Source: Eledone cirrhosa
Taxonomy: Eukaryota
NCBI GenBank assembly: GCA_964016885.1
Contig: OZ024758.1
Coordinates: forward strand, 32,798,001-32,862,000
Direction: 5' to 3'
DNA length: 64,000 nt
Of the stretch, positions 12,040 through 25,770 are shown in pieces. The notes below the pieces were generated by a model. It was not told the origin of the DNA and ran no database searches. It saw only the letters and a program-made list of their open reading frames with translations. Both the position numbers and the translations under genes were made by a program. Position 1 is the stretch's first letter. Each line of letters begins with the position of its first letter.

Positions 12040-12327
12040 GCTTTATGTTCTTATGAGTTATCACCAAGTCACAACCAGTAACCTCAAGAGACAACAAGGT
12101 CTGCCATGTTCAAGAACCTCTCCAAACCAACACATGTATCTTCAGTTGTTTACACTTGTGATATACTTATAGTGACAGAATCTTCCTTAGTATATGGCCA
12201 GTTGCCATTAGTACTATCTTTTGTATTTCTTCTATAAGCGGGTTTCCTGGGATTTGGGAGAAGTAATCATTAGACCCCTTAGGTATCATTCCTAGAGCGC
12301 CTACAACCACTGGTATTGTTTTAGCTC
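12040..12327 (-). pseudogene. 3' end of a restriction-like-endonuclease (R4/NeSL-type) non-LTR element
   Basis: IPVVVGALGMIPKG...IQKIVLMATGHILRKILSL* resembles the C-terminus of RLE-type elements; interrupted by a SINE. Confidence 0.55.
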
Positions 12328-12748
12328 TTGGCAGTATCGGTAGAGTGTCAGACGCCATGCTTTGCAGCATAGAGTTACGGCCCTTTATGATCTGAGTTCA
12401 AATCACGCCGAGGTTAACTTTGCCTTTCATCCTTACGGGGTCGATAAAATAAAGTACAAATAATGCACTGGGGTCAATTTAATCAACTTTCCCCTCCCCC
12501 AAAATTGCTGGCCTTGTGCCTAAAGTATAAACAATTATTATTATTATTATGGTGGATTGGTAATATCGGTAGAGGGTCGGACGCCATGCTTTGCAGCAAA
12601 GAGTTACGGCCCTTTATGATCTGAGTTCAAATCCCGCTGTGGTTAACTTGGTCTTTCATCCTTACGGGGTCGATAAAATAAAGTACCAGTAATACACTGG
12701 GGGTATTTGCTGGCCTTGTGCCAAAAGTAGAAACAATTATTATAATTC
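12328..12748 (+). mobile_element. Two tandem tRNA-derived SINE copies (family A)
   Basis: A-box-like tggcagtatcggtaga, B-box gagttcaaatc, body ctttcatccttacggggtcgataaaataaagtac, (ATT)n tails; second copy starts at 12551. Confidence 0.8.
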
Positions 12749-12892
12749 TTATAATTATTTTACATCCACCCCAGGCCTTCCTCTCCTGCAGCTTCCTTCC
12801 ACATGGATCTCCACACTTCTTCCCCATTGATCTTCATCCATATCCATCATACCAGCAGTGTTGTACATTACATCTTATAGAGACACAGCCAT

Positions 12893-13963
12893 GCTGCTGA
12901 TGGTGACAATGATGATGATGATGATGATGGTGATGATGGGAATGTTGATGATGATGACAATGATGGTGATGATTATGGCAATGTTGATGATGGCAATGTT
13001 GATGGCAATGTTGATGATGGTGATGGTGATGATGATGATGGTGATGGTGATGATGATGATGGTGATGGTGATGGTGATGATGACGGTAATGTTGATGATG
13101 ATGATGATGATGACAATGATAGTGATGACGGTAATGATGATGATCATGGTGGTGGTGGTGACGGTGATGGTGGTGATGATGAAGGTGATGGTGGTGGTGA
13201 TGGTGATGGTGGTGATGATGAAGGTGGTGATGGTGATGATGGTGGTGGTGGTGGTGATGATGGTGGTGGTGGTGGTGATGATGGTGGTGATGGTGGTGGT
13301 GATGGTGGTGGTGGTGGTGATGATGGTGGTGATGGCGATGGTGGTGGTGATGGCGATGGTGATGGTGGTGGTGGTGATGATGGTGGTGATGGCGATGGTG
13401 GTGGTGGTGATGATGGTGGTGATGGTGGTGGTGGTGGTGATGATGGTGGTGATGGCGATGGTGATGGTGGTGGTGGTGATGATGGTGGTGATGGCGATGG
13501 TGGTGGTGGTGATGATGGTGGTGATGGCGATGGTGATGGTGGTGGTGATGGTGGTGGTGGTGATGGTGGTGGTGGTGATGATGGTGGTGATGGTGGTGAT
13601 GGTGGTGGTGGTGGTGGTGATGGTGATGATGGTGGTAGTGGTGATGATGGTGATGGTGGTGGTGATGGTGGTGGTAGTGATGGTGGTGGTGGTGATGGTG
13701 GTGGTGGTGATGATGGTGGTGGTGATGATGGTGATGGTGGTGGTGGTGGTGATGGTGGTGGTGGTGATGGTGGTGATGGTGGTGGTGGTGGTGGTGATGG
13801 TGGTGATGGTGGTGGTGGTGGTGGTGGTGATGGTGATGATGGTGGTAGTGGTGATGATGGTGATGGTGGTGGTGGTGATGGTGATGGTGGTGGTGGTGGT
13901 GGTGGTGGTGGTGGTGGTGGTGGTGGTGATGGTGGTGATGGTGATGATGATGGTGGTGATGGT
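12893..13963. repeat. Compound (GAT/GGT)n trinucleotide repeat, about 1.07 kb
   Basis: Direct reading; it produces the poly-His and poly-Met/Val ORFs in the track. Confidence 0.97.
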
Positions 13964-14355
13964 GCAAATTTAGAAATCTAGGAAATAGCCAACAGCACAC
14001 AGTGAAGAGAGAGTTTGATAACTATAAAATCATTCTAAGAATAAAACGATTCCAGGAGGAAAAACAGCCCTTTATGTTTTATTGCTCTCCCTTGTTTTAC
14101 AAATGTTGACATCAATGAAACCATCATCAGTTTTGTTTCATTCACTAAAACACCCACCTTCCTTTCTGATCCTTGTGATTTTACAACAGAAAAATGTTAA
14201 CTTTCAGTCCTGTCCTGGGAATGGAAGAGATTTACATGTCTCTGACATGTATTTCAACTAGTTTTATGTTTATTATGTAATCAAATACACCTCCAATAAT
14301 GTGCTTCAGCTTTTCCAGCTGAAAATATTCTAATTCTAATACTAACATGTTTTAA

Positions 14356-14648
14356 CCCCTTAGCATTTACATTACTCTATATATACTATTATATTTTAAT
14401 GGTAAAGGCTTTACCTGACATTTGTACATTATTCTATGTACTATACATGCACCTTTGATGAGTTGTAGTGCACCTGAGCACTGTACACAATAATTTCATT
14501 ATTATTTAATAGCAAATCTATGAGATTTTAAAAGTATTTATTTTGAAAACAATGCCTTAACATCAGTTTGAGCGACCAGTTACAGCCAGTTTCAACAGAA
14601 AGAGGTAGAGAATTCTGGCCAGTTTTGGCCGGTTTGAACACTAAAGGG
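14356..14648 (-). mobile_element. piggyBac-like MITE copy
   Basis: TTAA|CCCCTTAGCATTT ... CACTAAAGGG; body is the reverse complement of 11009-11348. Confidence 0.75.
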
Positions 14649-15548
14649 CTAGTTGAAATGTAATGGTCTTCAGTATTCTCTTTTGTATGTGAGAGAGATA
14701 GAGAAGGGGGTGGGGGAGACGAAAGAGAGATATAGCATTTTTTTAGAAACAGATAATTAAAATTAAATGTGTAAGTACTATATTTCTATTGTATAAAATT
14801 GGTCTTGGAAAGTATTATATTACTAGTCCTAAGGTCTCTCTTGAAAAGCATGAAACTGCAAATATTTTAATTTGCAGACCCATTCAACCAATGTTAATAT
14901 TATTCTAAAATAATGTATAACATCCTAAAAAATATTTTTTTTAAATTATTACAAAGTTTAAGAAGAATTTTAGATTTCCTGAGTCAAATTCAATGAAAGT
15001 GTAAATATATATATAAATATTTTCTGGTAAATTTGTAAAAAGTAAACAATCTGAAAAACATTTTAATATTAACTGCCCCTCCTCTTAAATATATTTTGTA
15101 CTAAATATGTTTTAAAAGTTAACTCTAGGCTATCAGCGTGGTCTATTTTAACGGACTTTGTACTTTGATCATCATACAGAGACTGTGCCCATGAGAAGGC
15201 TTTATTTTGGAGTTATATTGACAATGTAATAAAGAATGTACACAACACAATAATACACAAACAGGTTATGACAAAGAAAAAATAAAGAATGATAAATTAC
15301 TACTGCAATACAAGAAACTAGCACATACAGGCAAAAGAAAGGTACATAAGCTCAAAAATGATTTACAAATAGAAGGATAATGCAGGTAGACATAGTGACA
15401 TAAAAATGCTTGAAGTATTACATACATTTAGAATTTAAAATTTTTGATGTTTGTACAGAAAAAAAAATAAAAACAAGAAAATTAGATACGAAAAAAAAAA
15501 CATGTCAAATATAATCAGTTGGTCAAAATGAAAGCTGATCACTATAAA

Positions 15549-15730
15549 TAATTGTTTCTACTTTTGGCACAAGGCCAGCAATTATCCCAGTGTATTACTG
15601 GTACTTTATTTTATCGACCCCGCAAGGACGAAAAGCAAAGTTAACCTCGGCGGGATTTGAACTCAGACCATAAAGGGCCGTAACTCTTTGCTGCAAAGTA
15701 TAGCATCAAACTCTCTACCGATACTGTCAA
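15549..15730 (-). mobile_element. SINE family A copy
   Basis: Reverse complement of 12551-12740. Confidence 0.8.
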
Positions 15731-16937
15731 CAATGGTTGAGAAAATTGGGTGAAGTACCCTGGTGATTTAAGTAGGAGGGAGAACAAGGGTTAATTTGTA
15801 TATCACAAGGGAGAGTTTCTCAACATATATTAAACTGATTCTTATATTTTTCCTTATATGAAAAAAAATTATAACCTGAATGACAAATAACTATCTTTTC
15901 CTTAGAATCAATGAAAAAATACTGAAAAGAAAAAAACCAAAAAAAACAACAACGAAAAACAAATCAATTTATAGTGGTGAGTGCCTGTGAATAAATGAAA
16001 CCAAATATTTAACTTAATAATAGTGAGTTTGGTTGCTGTCACAACAAACATTAGAAACTGAAAAATATAAAATTAAAAAAATAACTAATACCTTGCTATA
16101 ATGAAAAATGTAGTGGTGATGCAACTAAAAATTATTAAAAGATAGAAATAAAAATAGATGGGAAGGAAAAAAAGTAAATATTGACGTTAACTTTCTTCAG
16201 TAAAAAATTAAAAAAAGGAAGAAAAATAATATGGAAGGTGATATTCAGCTGTTCATATATTTGAACAGTGAATGTATTGGAAGTTGGTTTCATATCAGAA
16301 GACAAGCAAAATGATGTATTAATCTTGGTAGTATGCTTACTCTAAATACACAAGTGAGCATGTTTTTATAACTAATAATTTAATGTCAATGAGAATGACG
16401 ACAAAGAAATTGATAATTAAAACTTATCTATTGTGCCAATGTTTTCCAAATAATTGACTTATCAGTGTTCAATAATTCTGCAAGGAATATATAGATACCA
16501 CTAATTCTTATCATTCTGTATCTATATCAAATCTGTTTACTTTTGTTTTTGTACAGTTTTTGTGCTTCTTCTCAAATCATCCATAGAACATCGGGAAATC
16601 TAATGATAAAGAAACCATCAGGTGATTCATGGCTTGGACTGTTCCACAGGCACAGAGAGAGGATTTCACATTATGTTCCCATTTCACAGAGTTGATTAAG
16701 ACACCTCTACTTGCACCATGTGGACTCCAAGTCATTTAACAATTTTTCTTCTGGTTCTATTTCTAGATCTAGCATTGGTAGAACAGTATTTCCTCCTACA
16801 ATTGATTCTGTGGAAAATACTGTGCATATCCAGAATAGGTACACCATATCACAAGAGGTGACTAAAAGAGTTGGCATCAGGAAAGGAATCAAGCTGTAAA
16901 ATATTGCTGGGAAAAGGGCCCATGATAAGTATGAAAC

Positions 16938-17170
16938 CTATTGTGTAGCCCACAGGGAAAATAGCCTTACATCTCTTGTTGTATGATGTGAGTTGTAGAT
17001 AATCTGGAAACATGTACAGGAATAATGAATATTACAAAACCACTTCTTGGTTTTAATGTTCTTGCTGTTTGGTGATATCAATGGATATCTTTCATCAAAT
17101 ATCTGCTTTTGTTTTACAGCTCTGTTGACACCTCTTCTGATATCAGATGGAGCAATACCAGCCACAAGTA
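16938..17170 (-). pseudogene. Old non-LTR retrotransposon ORF2 C-terminal fragment
   Basis: AGIAPSDIRR...KQIFDERYPL resembles the LAGIAPPxIRR motif of LINE ORF2 C-termini. Confidence 0.45.
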
Positions 17171-18034
17171 AAAATTGCTGATATAAATGAAAGATATGTT
17201 ATTCATATTCATGTATAATGGAGCTTTTATATACATTGCTTTCTATATACCAATAAACCTACAACATTTTGTAAAAAAAAAATGTTCATTATCATTGATC
17301 CTTAGATATTCGTTGCAAATTAATTTTCCATTTCTTCTAGAAATATTGTGAAGTCTTTGCAATGTAGAATTAAGCTTTTATATCTACTAGAATTTCTTTC
17401 CACACACTGACACGTGTAATATATTATTACAAATGCACAAACACACACTCACAGGCATACATGTCAGATGCTGTTTTCTGTAGTTTGTCCAAACCCCTTC
17501 CTTCACTCATCTCTAGTGTGTGATGGAAGGATGGATGGAAGTTACTCAAATTTATATATAGATTGCTTTCTATATACCAATAAAACCATTATATTCTACA
17601 ACATTTTATAAAAAAGGGAAGCAACTTATTAAATCTTATCTTTGACTATGTTCATTATCGATGATCCTTAGATATTCTTTTCCATTTCTTCTGGAAATAT
17701 TGTGTAGTTACATCAGTTTGATGATATTTCTACAGCCAAACAAGATATGAATCCACGCACAAACTTCAAATATCAAAATAGAATGAAAAGGGCTTAAATG
17801 AAAACCTTGCTAAAGTAGAAATTATAAAATAAGAAATAGAAGCTGATATTTTTATCAATTCAAGTTCAAGTTTCAGAGTTAATCCTAAGATGTGTTTCAG
17901 AGAATAGATGAAATGTCATTATGGCTTATGAATTTGGTAGTGCTTACAGAGCAAAAGATTGGACAATCATAGTTGTCAAGAAATTAAGAGATCTGCTATA
18001 AAAATAGAAAACTTGTGTATTTCTATATTAAATA

Positions 18035-18156
18035 GTGTGAAGGCGTATGTCTTAGTGATCAGAAAATTGGATTCGCAATCATGTGGTTGCAAGTTTGATT
18101 CCCAGATTGGGTGATGCATTATGTCCTTGAGCAAGACACTTTATTTCATGTTGCTT
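18035..18156 (+). mobile_element. SINE family B head
   Basis: tRNA-like head followed by tgtccttgagcaagacactttatttca, which is shared with 41706 and 43578. Confidence 0.55.
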
Positions 18157-19044
18157 CTTTGCCAGGAGTTGGGACTGGTATCTATCTATCTATCTAGCTA
18201 GGGCAGGTAAAATTCCCAAGATCCATGGACGAGTTCTCTCCAGTGGACTCTGTCCCTCATTATTGCTGCCATGTCCTACTCAGCAAGCAAATGAGGTCTG
18301 AGGTCTTGTCAATCAATATAGAATTTAGAAGGAGAATCACTGTTAATAAAGTTAATTGCTGGAAGAACAAATTGATCAAGTCTGTTTCATAAAGGGAATA
18401 AAGAATTAGCAAAGTGCTAAATGAGACATGATTTTAAAGATTACCATATTTCCCATCATCAAAGATGCTTTGCCCTCAAGGACATACCCTAATTTTAATA
18501 ACCCAAAATTTTAAAAACAATAATAAACATAAAAATAAGGTCCCTGCTCTTCAGGTCATGATATTTTGTTTATTTACTACTTTAACTAAATATCATTTAT
18601 ACACTTCATTGAGAGATCATATACAGGAGTTCAGATTACTGTCTAGCAGAGATATATTTCCTCTGGGGTTAGGATATGCCTATGAGAAACACAAGCTTCA
18701 GCTTCCAGGATATATGGTAGGTTTGCGAGAATTATTTTAGGGGAAAAAATAGCATCTTTGACACTGGAAAATACAGTAGTTAATATTTCCAGGTGGCAAA
18801 TTGGAAGAATCATTAGAATACCAGATACAATACTTTACAGCATTCATTCATACCTACCTCTCAATCTATTTGTCTGACTTTCAGTCTATTATCTATTAAT
18901 GTATATTTACCAATGTATCTATTTTTGGAAAAGAATAACAATAACAAAGCAATAGATAGACAGATACATAGGTAGGACAAAGTCATTGTAATTTAGTGGG
19001 TATATGGTTCATCATGAATAAAGAATATTATTGTAAATAATAAT

Positions 19045-19137
19045 AATTGTTTCTACTTTAGGCACAAGGCCAGCAATTACCCAGTTCATTACTGGTACTT
19101 TATTTTATCGACCCCGTAAGGATGAAAGGCAAAGTCA
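19045..19137 (-). mobile_element. SINE family A, 3' half
   Basis: Matches the family A body and tail. Confidence 0.75.
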
Positions 19138-20998
19138 ATAATAATAATAATAGATAAACAGTCGAGAATATATAGTTTTTCCGTCTGACTAAATGAGGTG
19201 ATTAATCTCATTTGCATAGTTGCAAGAGTGGGAGAGATCATCCTGACGATAACCAGTTGAGTTTGAAATCCATTGACGATTGCCTCTGCTGGGCACCACC
19301 TGGTGGCATTAGCTGCCAGTAGCTATGGCTTTCTAAATGTTTATTTATAAACATACCGTATTTCTTTAGAAATACAAAATTCAAATACATATATATATAT
19401 ATATATATATTGGTAACTTCAATGTCAGAATATCTCTAGACTCTCCTACTCAATTCCTATTATCTTAGTTTATACATAAAACCTAGAAACATCTGTAAAA
19501 GTAAATTATCTATTCAAAGAAACATAAGATTACTGTACAAATGTCTTTTTTTGCATTACTAATGAGGTAACTGCTATAATGATTTAATATTTAGATATGC
19601 TCATTAACATATAGTAAGGAATTAGCAAGATTAAACAAAATAAGCTTATCTCTTACTTTAATCCTGTTCTGACCATACATCTAATGAAATAAACTGCCTA
19701 CATGCTTCAATTAATGTTGAAAATAATTAAAGATTTGTAAGTATCTATAAATAAATAACTTTATCTTTAAGTTGGTGTATAAAAGTTATTAAAATAAGTC
19801 ACCCATAAACTTATGATGGGAGATTGTAATGTAAATATCTTCCTCTTGAGTCATCTCTTTTACTAATGGTTAGAATATATGTGGCTCACCACATACTCAT
19901 AGATTTCTCCCCTATCTTGAGCAGTTGTGTCAATCCATTGTTAATCAATAGTTGATCATCTGCAAAGCCACTGGTGTTCATCTAACTAAACTGATAATCG
20001 TCGCATGAGTTACTGCCTACTATAAGACACAAGATCAAGGCTTACTACTCTAGATCCAACCTGTTTACAAGACCATTCTACCATAGCTGTATCAGAGATA
20101 TGTCACTCAGCAAACTGATGATGCAATATATGCTCATTCAAGCTGAACACCTAGTCGCTCCCAGATTGAAGATATTGTACAAGGGAATGGCACCAGTGAT
20201 GTTGTAACTCATTTTTATAGCTGAGTGAATTAGAGCAATGTGAGTTAAAGTGTCTATATACACAGGCATATATATATATTATCTGTCACTTAGTAGATAA
20301 TCATTATCATTATTTAACTTCTGTTGCCCTTGCTAACTAGTTAGTATGCGATGTTGCAAACCTCCAGAATATTAAAAGCAAGATCTAACCAAATTTCATT
20401 TACAAACTATATTCACATATACATTATAGTTTACAAATTATAAGTTTATAATGATTTGTTACCATTTGACTTTATCAGTTTTTTGCAGTTCTATCAAACA
20501 CCCTTGTTTTGTCGTATAAAAAGTAAAAAATTGTCCATGTTTATAGCTGATGGTATATGATATTCATTTGACAATGGTCCACTTTCCATATAAAAACATG
20601 CATAAAATTTAACATTATGGACACTTCATCGGCAAGAAAAGCAGTCAAACACCCTCAATACACATTGTGTTGTCTTAACTCCTAATATCCTATAATGATT
20701 CAGCAGAAAATATCTAAAAATATGGTCTTTTAATTCAAATGTTTATAGAATCTTTATTAGTTGGACAGATCATTGTAAAACTTTGCAGTATTAGAGAAAA
20801 ACTTTAATTTTTAATATGCTGCGTTCATAATGCTAATTTGTACTTTTCAAGAACAGAATATTAAGAGTTAAACAAAAAAAAGACACATTAGATAATGCAA
20901 TCCTAGATACATTATATTCAAAATGAAAACTGGCTGATCGTAGCTGTAATGCATTTGCATAACCATGGACTTTCTAGGTCTAAACAATACTGTCTTAA

Positions 20999-21154
20999 CC
21001 CTTTAGCATTTAAACCAGCCATATCCGTCCAGAATCCTCTCACCTCTTTTTGTTCAAACCAGCTGTAACCGGCTGCTCAAACTGATGTTAAGGTATTGTT
21101 CTCAAATTCTCATAGATTCGATATTAAATATAGAATAATGTAAATGTTAAAGTG
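20999..21154 (+). mobile_element. piggyBac-like MITE copy
   Basis: TTAA|CCCTTTAGCATTT ... AAATGTTAAAGTG|TTAA. Confidence 0.75.
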
Positions 21155-22177
21155 TTAAAATGTATAGTAGCTTATCAACACTTGTTCTAAATAATGTGAT
21201 GTGACAACAATCAGTTTATGTCAGAAATTTTCTATACTAGAATTTGTTTCAAAACGCTGATGCATATGTGTATATGTGCATATGCATAGATTTATATGTA
21301 TAAGTATATAAATATGAATGTGCAAATACAGACACACTTCCAAAAATTCACACTCACAGACATACAATCACACAAACACACACAGACCAGACACTCACAC
21401 AGTGTAGCAAATGGAATGCTTGCTGCTATTTTGCTATAGTTTTTTTCACCATCCCCTTCCTTCCTTTTACACACAGGCATTGTGTGATAGATGGATAGAA
21501 GTCAGTCAAATTTATAAATAGATTTTTTTAAAATTTCATTTGAGTTATTTCCATTGGTTGTTGCTTTTAGATTTTAAACACTCATAGAGGGAATTGTGTG
21601 TGCACTAATTGCATCAATGATTTCAGTTACAGTTTTTCAGCTCCATATATAGGTATTTGTATTTCGTATGCAGAATATACTCCTCCTTGGGCATTTTCCC
21701 TTGGCTATATTCTATATCAGGAGTTGCAACAGGCAGATAGTATCAGCAATGGAAAGACCAATGGAAATATTGCTTCCTTGGTCCTATTTGATGAGTTCCA
21801 CTCCACTCAGTAAGCGAGGTCTGAGAACTTGTTGATTTGTATCAATGGCTTATGACCATAGAGCTCTGTGTCCTTTGTTTGGATTTTTTTTTTTTTAAAT
21901 AATTTTTTAAAGTTTGCCCTTAAAAAGTTGTTTTTGTTTTATTTTGTTTCTGTTCGTTATCTTGTCAACTCTTTGTTAATTTTCTTAAGTATATATATAT
22001 TAGATTTTTTGATTTTTTTGAAGAAACAGGGAGCCTGTGTGGTTGCTGGATAAAGTGTATTTAGAAATAAGAGGAAAGCACAAACAGGGGATATTTCCCA
22101 TCATCAGTTGTCTGCTGGAGATTATGGAGATTTCTATGCATTAAAGACAATATGTCTAGCTCCAGTGCATCAATAAC

Positions 22178-22367
22178 TATAGGAAGTTATTGGGGGGAAA
22201 AGGTGAGAGAAAAAAAATATAACAGAAAGGAAAAAAAGGGAAAAAAAAACATACCAAAGTGGGAAACGTGTTTCCCTTTTCGGTATGATTTTTTCCATTT
22301 TTTTCTTTCTTTTTTCCCTTCTGTTATATTTTTTTCTCGCTCCTTTTTTTCCAAATAACTTCCTATA
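22178..22367. repeat. Foldback inverted repeat with arms of about 90 bp
   Basis: tataggaagttatt...gggaaac-gt-gtttccc...aataacttcctata. Confidence 0.85.
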
Positions 22368-22450
22368 TATATATATATATATATAGATATATACGTATAC
22401 CCCGGGTTCAATCGGGGGCAACAACTTTAAGTAAGGCACTCAATGAAGAG

Positions 22451-22597
22451 TATATATAATATTTAATATAGAAATGGCTTCTACAGGACTAGAACTGTTT
22501 CATTTGAAGGGAATCATCAGGGCTTTCCTGATGATTTCCTTCAAATGAAACAGTTCTAGTCCTGTAGACGCCATTTCTATTTTAAATATTATATATA
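22451..22597. repeat. Near-perfect palindrome with a hammerhead-like core on each strand
   Basis: The arms gaaatggcttctacaggactagaactgtttcatttgaagggaatcatcagg and cctgatgatttccttcaaatgaaacagttctagtcctgtagacgccatttc are reverse complements. Confidence 0.9.
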
Positions 22598-23647
22598 TAT
22601 ATATATATATAAATATACACACACACATACATACACATATATATATTATATAGACATAGGTATTTTAGGATGCTCTATTTTACAAAGCCAAAAAATGAGG
22701 CTATGTGTAAGAAACATAAATGTGTATTATTACTGGAAAACAGTAAATGGTCGCAAAGAGTAACATAACTGAGATAAATTCAGTGGATGAAATGTTGAAG
22801 AGTTCAGTTTAGGAATGAATGTGAAAAGATGATAGTATTCATTATTAACACAAGTGAGTAAAATTGTGAGGAATTTACTTACCATTCCATGAGACAATAA
22901 TTGACACATGTGAAAACAACTGTAGAAGGGAACTCAATAAGAAATAAATCCAATCTGAAAGAAACAGAAAACAAGAATTGGTAACAGATTAAAAAATGCT
23001 ATAATAAGGAATAAATAGATTCACAGACAATTAATTATGAGATTAGAGGAAATGAAAATAATAAGAATAATAGGCGTGTGTATGTGTTGGTGTGTGTTAT
23101 GTGTGTAGGTGTGTATGTGTATGTTTGTAAGAGTGTATGTCTATGTATGTGTAGCTGTGTGTATGTCTGTATATGTATGCAGGTGTAGCTGTGTGTATGT
23201 GTGTGTGTATGTAGGTGTCTGTGTGTAGGTGTGTGTATAAAAGGGATTTATTTTGTAAGTTCACAGGTGATTTGGGTTTTTTTTATGAGTGTATAACTAA
23301 GTGTTGTGTGTAGTGAAGGGCATCCAGCCGACGAAACTAAGCCCAAATAAGGACATCCAGCCGAAGAAACTAAGCCCAAATAAGGACATCCAGCCGAAGA
23401 AACTAAGCCCAAATCAGTTCTGTATGAGCAACACATGGTCGTCTGATCTGGCCTGTCTCACAACGTGTAACTCATGCTAGCATGGAAGGACGTTAAATGC
23501 TGTTGATAACTATGATGATGATGTGTAATAGAAATGATTTTCTAGATTTATGAGTGTGCAGTGATCTTTTTATCCCATCTGTAGTTAAAATATTTTTTTT
23601 AAAATCTGTGTTACCTTTTACATTTTACTTTAAAAGTATATTTACAT

Positions 23648-23957
23648 ACTGTATATATATATGCCGAGGAATATGTGCCCCCCCCCCCCAATTGATGGTA
23701 AATTGGGGAGGGGGAGGCTTACATACGCCATCTAAACAATGTGTTCATTAGCTGCCTTGGTTTATAAATGGGGTTGGGATTTTTGCCCATTTCTCAGACA
23801 TAAAATAAGTTTGGGGGTGACTTATATTCAAGCATATATAGTAATTACTAAATAAGTTGGAGGAGGGGGGTCTTATATTCGAGCATATATAGTGATTACT
23901 AAATAAGTTGGGGAAGGGGGTCTTATATTGAGCATATATAGTAATTACTAAATAAGT
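23648..23957. mobile_element. Degenerate Tc1/pogo-like MITE with a triplicated right end
   Basis: Starts tactgtatata..; cttatattc(a/g)agcatatatagtaattactaaataagt occurs three times at about 50-bp spacing. Confidence 0.45.
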
Positions 23958-24174
23958 AACCTATTAATATTAGGTTTCTGATGAACAATAATACAAACCT
24001 GCCTGAAACCACCTCTGCTTCTATGAAACAAAACCAGTCATTCTAAAAGGATCTTAAATTAAAACCTTCCAACATGTTATATCATAACATTTTCTTATGT
24101 TACAAATATTATCTTAATGAAATTATATAATCTTAGTAACCCTTTTCCAAATTCTTAATTAATTAATTGATCAA

Positions 24175-24374
24175 CCCATTAGCATTTAAACCGGCTATAT
24201 CCAGCCAGGATTTTCTCACCTCAATCTGTTCAAACTGACTGTAAATGGCTACTCATACTTATGTTAAGGTATTGTTCTCAAAATAAATAATATCAAAATT
24301 TCATAGATTCAGTATTATGTAAGATAATTATGAAAATATAATAGTATATATAGAGTAATGTAAATGTTAAAGGG
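24175..24374 (+). mobile_element. piggyBac-like MITE copy
   Basis: CCCATTAGCATTT ... AAATGTTAAAGGG|TTAA. Confidence 0.75.
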
Positions 24375-25329
24375 TTAATGAAAATACAAAGTATTTTGTT
24401 AGAACTATGGTAATGAAATGCTTAAATAAGGTGTGCATATGAAAAATTGTTGAGTATGCTGAAATCAATGGGCATAAGAGAACAAAGAAATGTAGACAAC
24501 AAAGAACAAACTTATGTGCAACAAACAGAAGTTTCTAAGATTACAGGAAATGATCACAAACAGCAACATAACTAAATTGGTCAAATTTTGTGGATAAAAT
24601 GTTGAAGAGTTAAGTTTGGAATGTAAAATTAGACGGTGTTCTTTATAAAGAGAAATACAAGTGAGAGAAAATATTGAAATAAACAGGAATAAAATTCAAG
24701 GACAAGAATGTGTAAAAAGTAAACATACAGAAGTTAAAAGAGAATATGAGTGAGAGAGGAAGTGTTTATCATCTTACTGTCCAGTATTGGTTGATAATGA
24801 GATAAACACTGGCAAAATATGTGAAATATGCATGTTTTTAATACATTGACTAATATAAAGGGTAGCATCCTTACCTAGAAAGGTACTAAAATTAACTCCA
24901 ACTAATCATGATTAGTCAAAAATGGTGTTAAATGCAGTCACATGACAAGCAAAACAAAACTACTCTCTAGGTCTATTTTGAATTATTTTGTCAACAAAAC
25001 TAAAATCCTATAGGCTCTGTTTATTTATTATGACCTGGATCAAACTATTCCACTGTGATATAAGTTGATGGTATGCTTTTTATCAACTTTGGTGTACCTC
25101 TAAGTTTGGTTGTGTCTCCTAAACCCATTTTTAAAACTCTTAATTTAACTGTAATGATTTAACAGAAAATGTCTAAAAGCTGGTTTGTTAATTCAGATCT
25201 TTATAGTATCTTTACAGGTGGACAGATTGTTGTGAAACTAAAAATTGTTGTAAACTAAAAACTTCAATTTTCAATATGATGCAGTCATAGTGCTGTTCTG
25301 TACTTTTCAAGAAGGTCTTGTTAATGTGG

Positions 25330-25770
25330 CTTGATGCATTACAAGATACTAATAATCTCCCAGATATTACTTTTAATGGCTTTCATGGATCATGCAAATG
25401 CAAAAACAAAAATGAGCAGTGAACAGATTTCACATAAATTGTCTCTGCATCATCTATGGCGTAACATACCAAGATCGCATAACAAGTGCAGAAAATTTCA
25501 CATGCCCAGAGCAGTCACATCTCAATGCTCAGGTACGAAACTAACGATTGACATGGATTGGTCATCAAATCCAGCATCCAATTAGTAACTTCCATGTTGA
25601 TTGTCTTCTGCTACATCAACTACCAGTAGGTCACCTCAAGAGACAAAGACAGAAGACCACATTCCAAAGAATGGTCACAAAAGAACTGAATGAAGAAGTC
25701 AACACAATTCAAGAAAAATCCAATGATAGAAACACTTGGGCAACTTTTATTTTGTCTCCCTCTTGTCATT
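25330..25770 (+). pseudogene. Old RTE-like LINE C-terminal fragment
   Basis: Degenerate ..PVGHLKRQRQKTTFQRMV resembles GxRxRGRPKxTW. Confidence 0.35.

Noticed and set aside
12551-12640. tRNA gene
   Set aside because: The A/B boxes belong to a multi-copy SINE head, and no full cloverleaf can be drawn.
12834-14000. 388-aa poly-His and 371-aa Met/Val ORFs
   Set aside because: They are translations of a (CAT/CAC)n repeat, with no unique coding sequence or splice context.
23978-24015. CTGATGA...GAAAC motif
   Set aside because: There is no stem II or stem III pairing, so it is a chance match.
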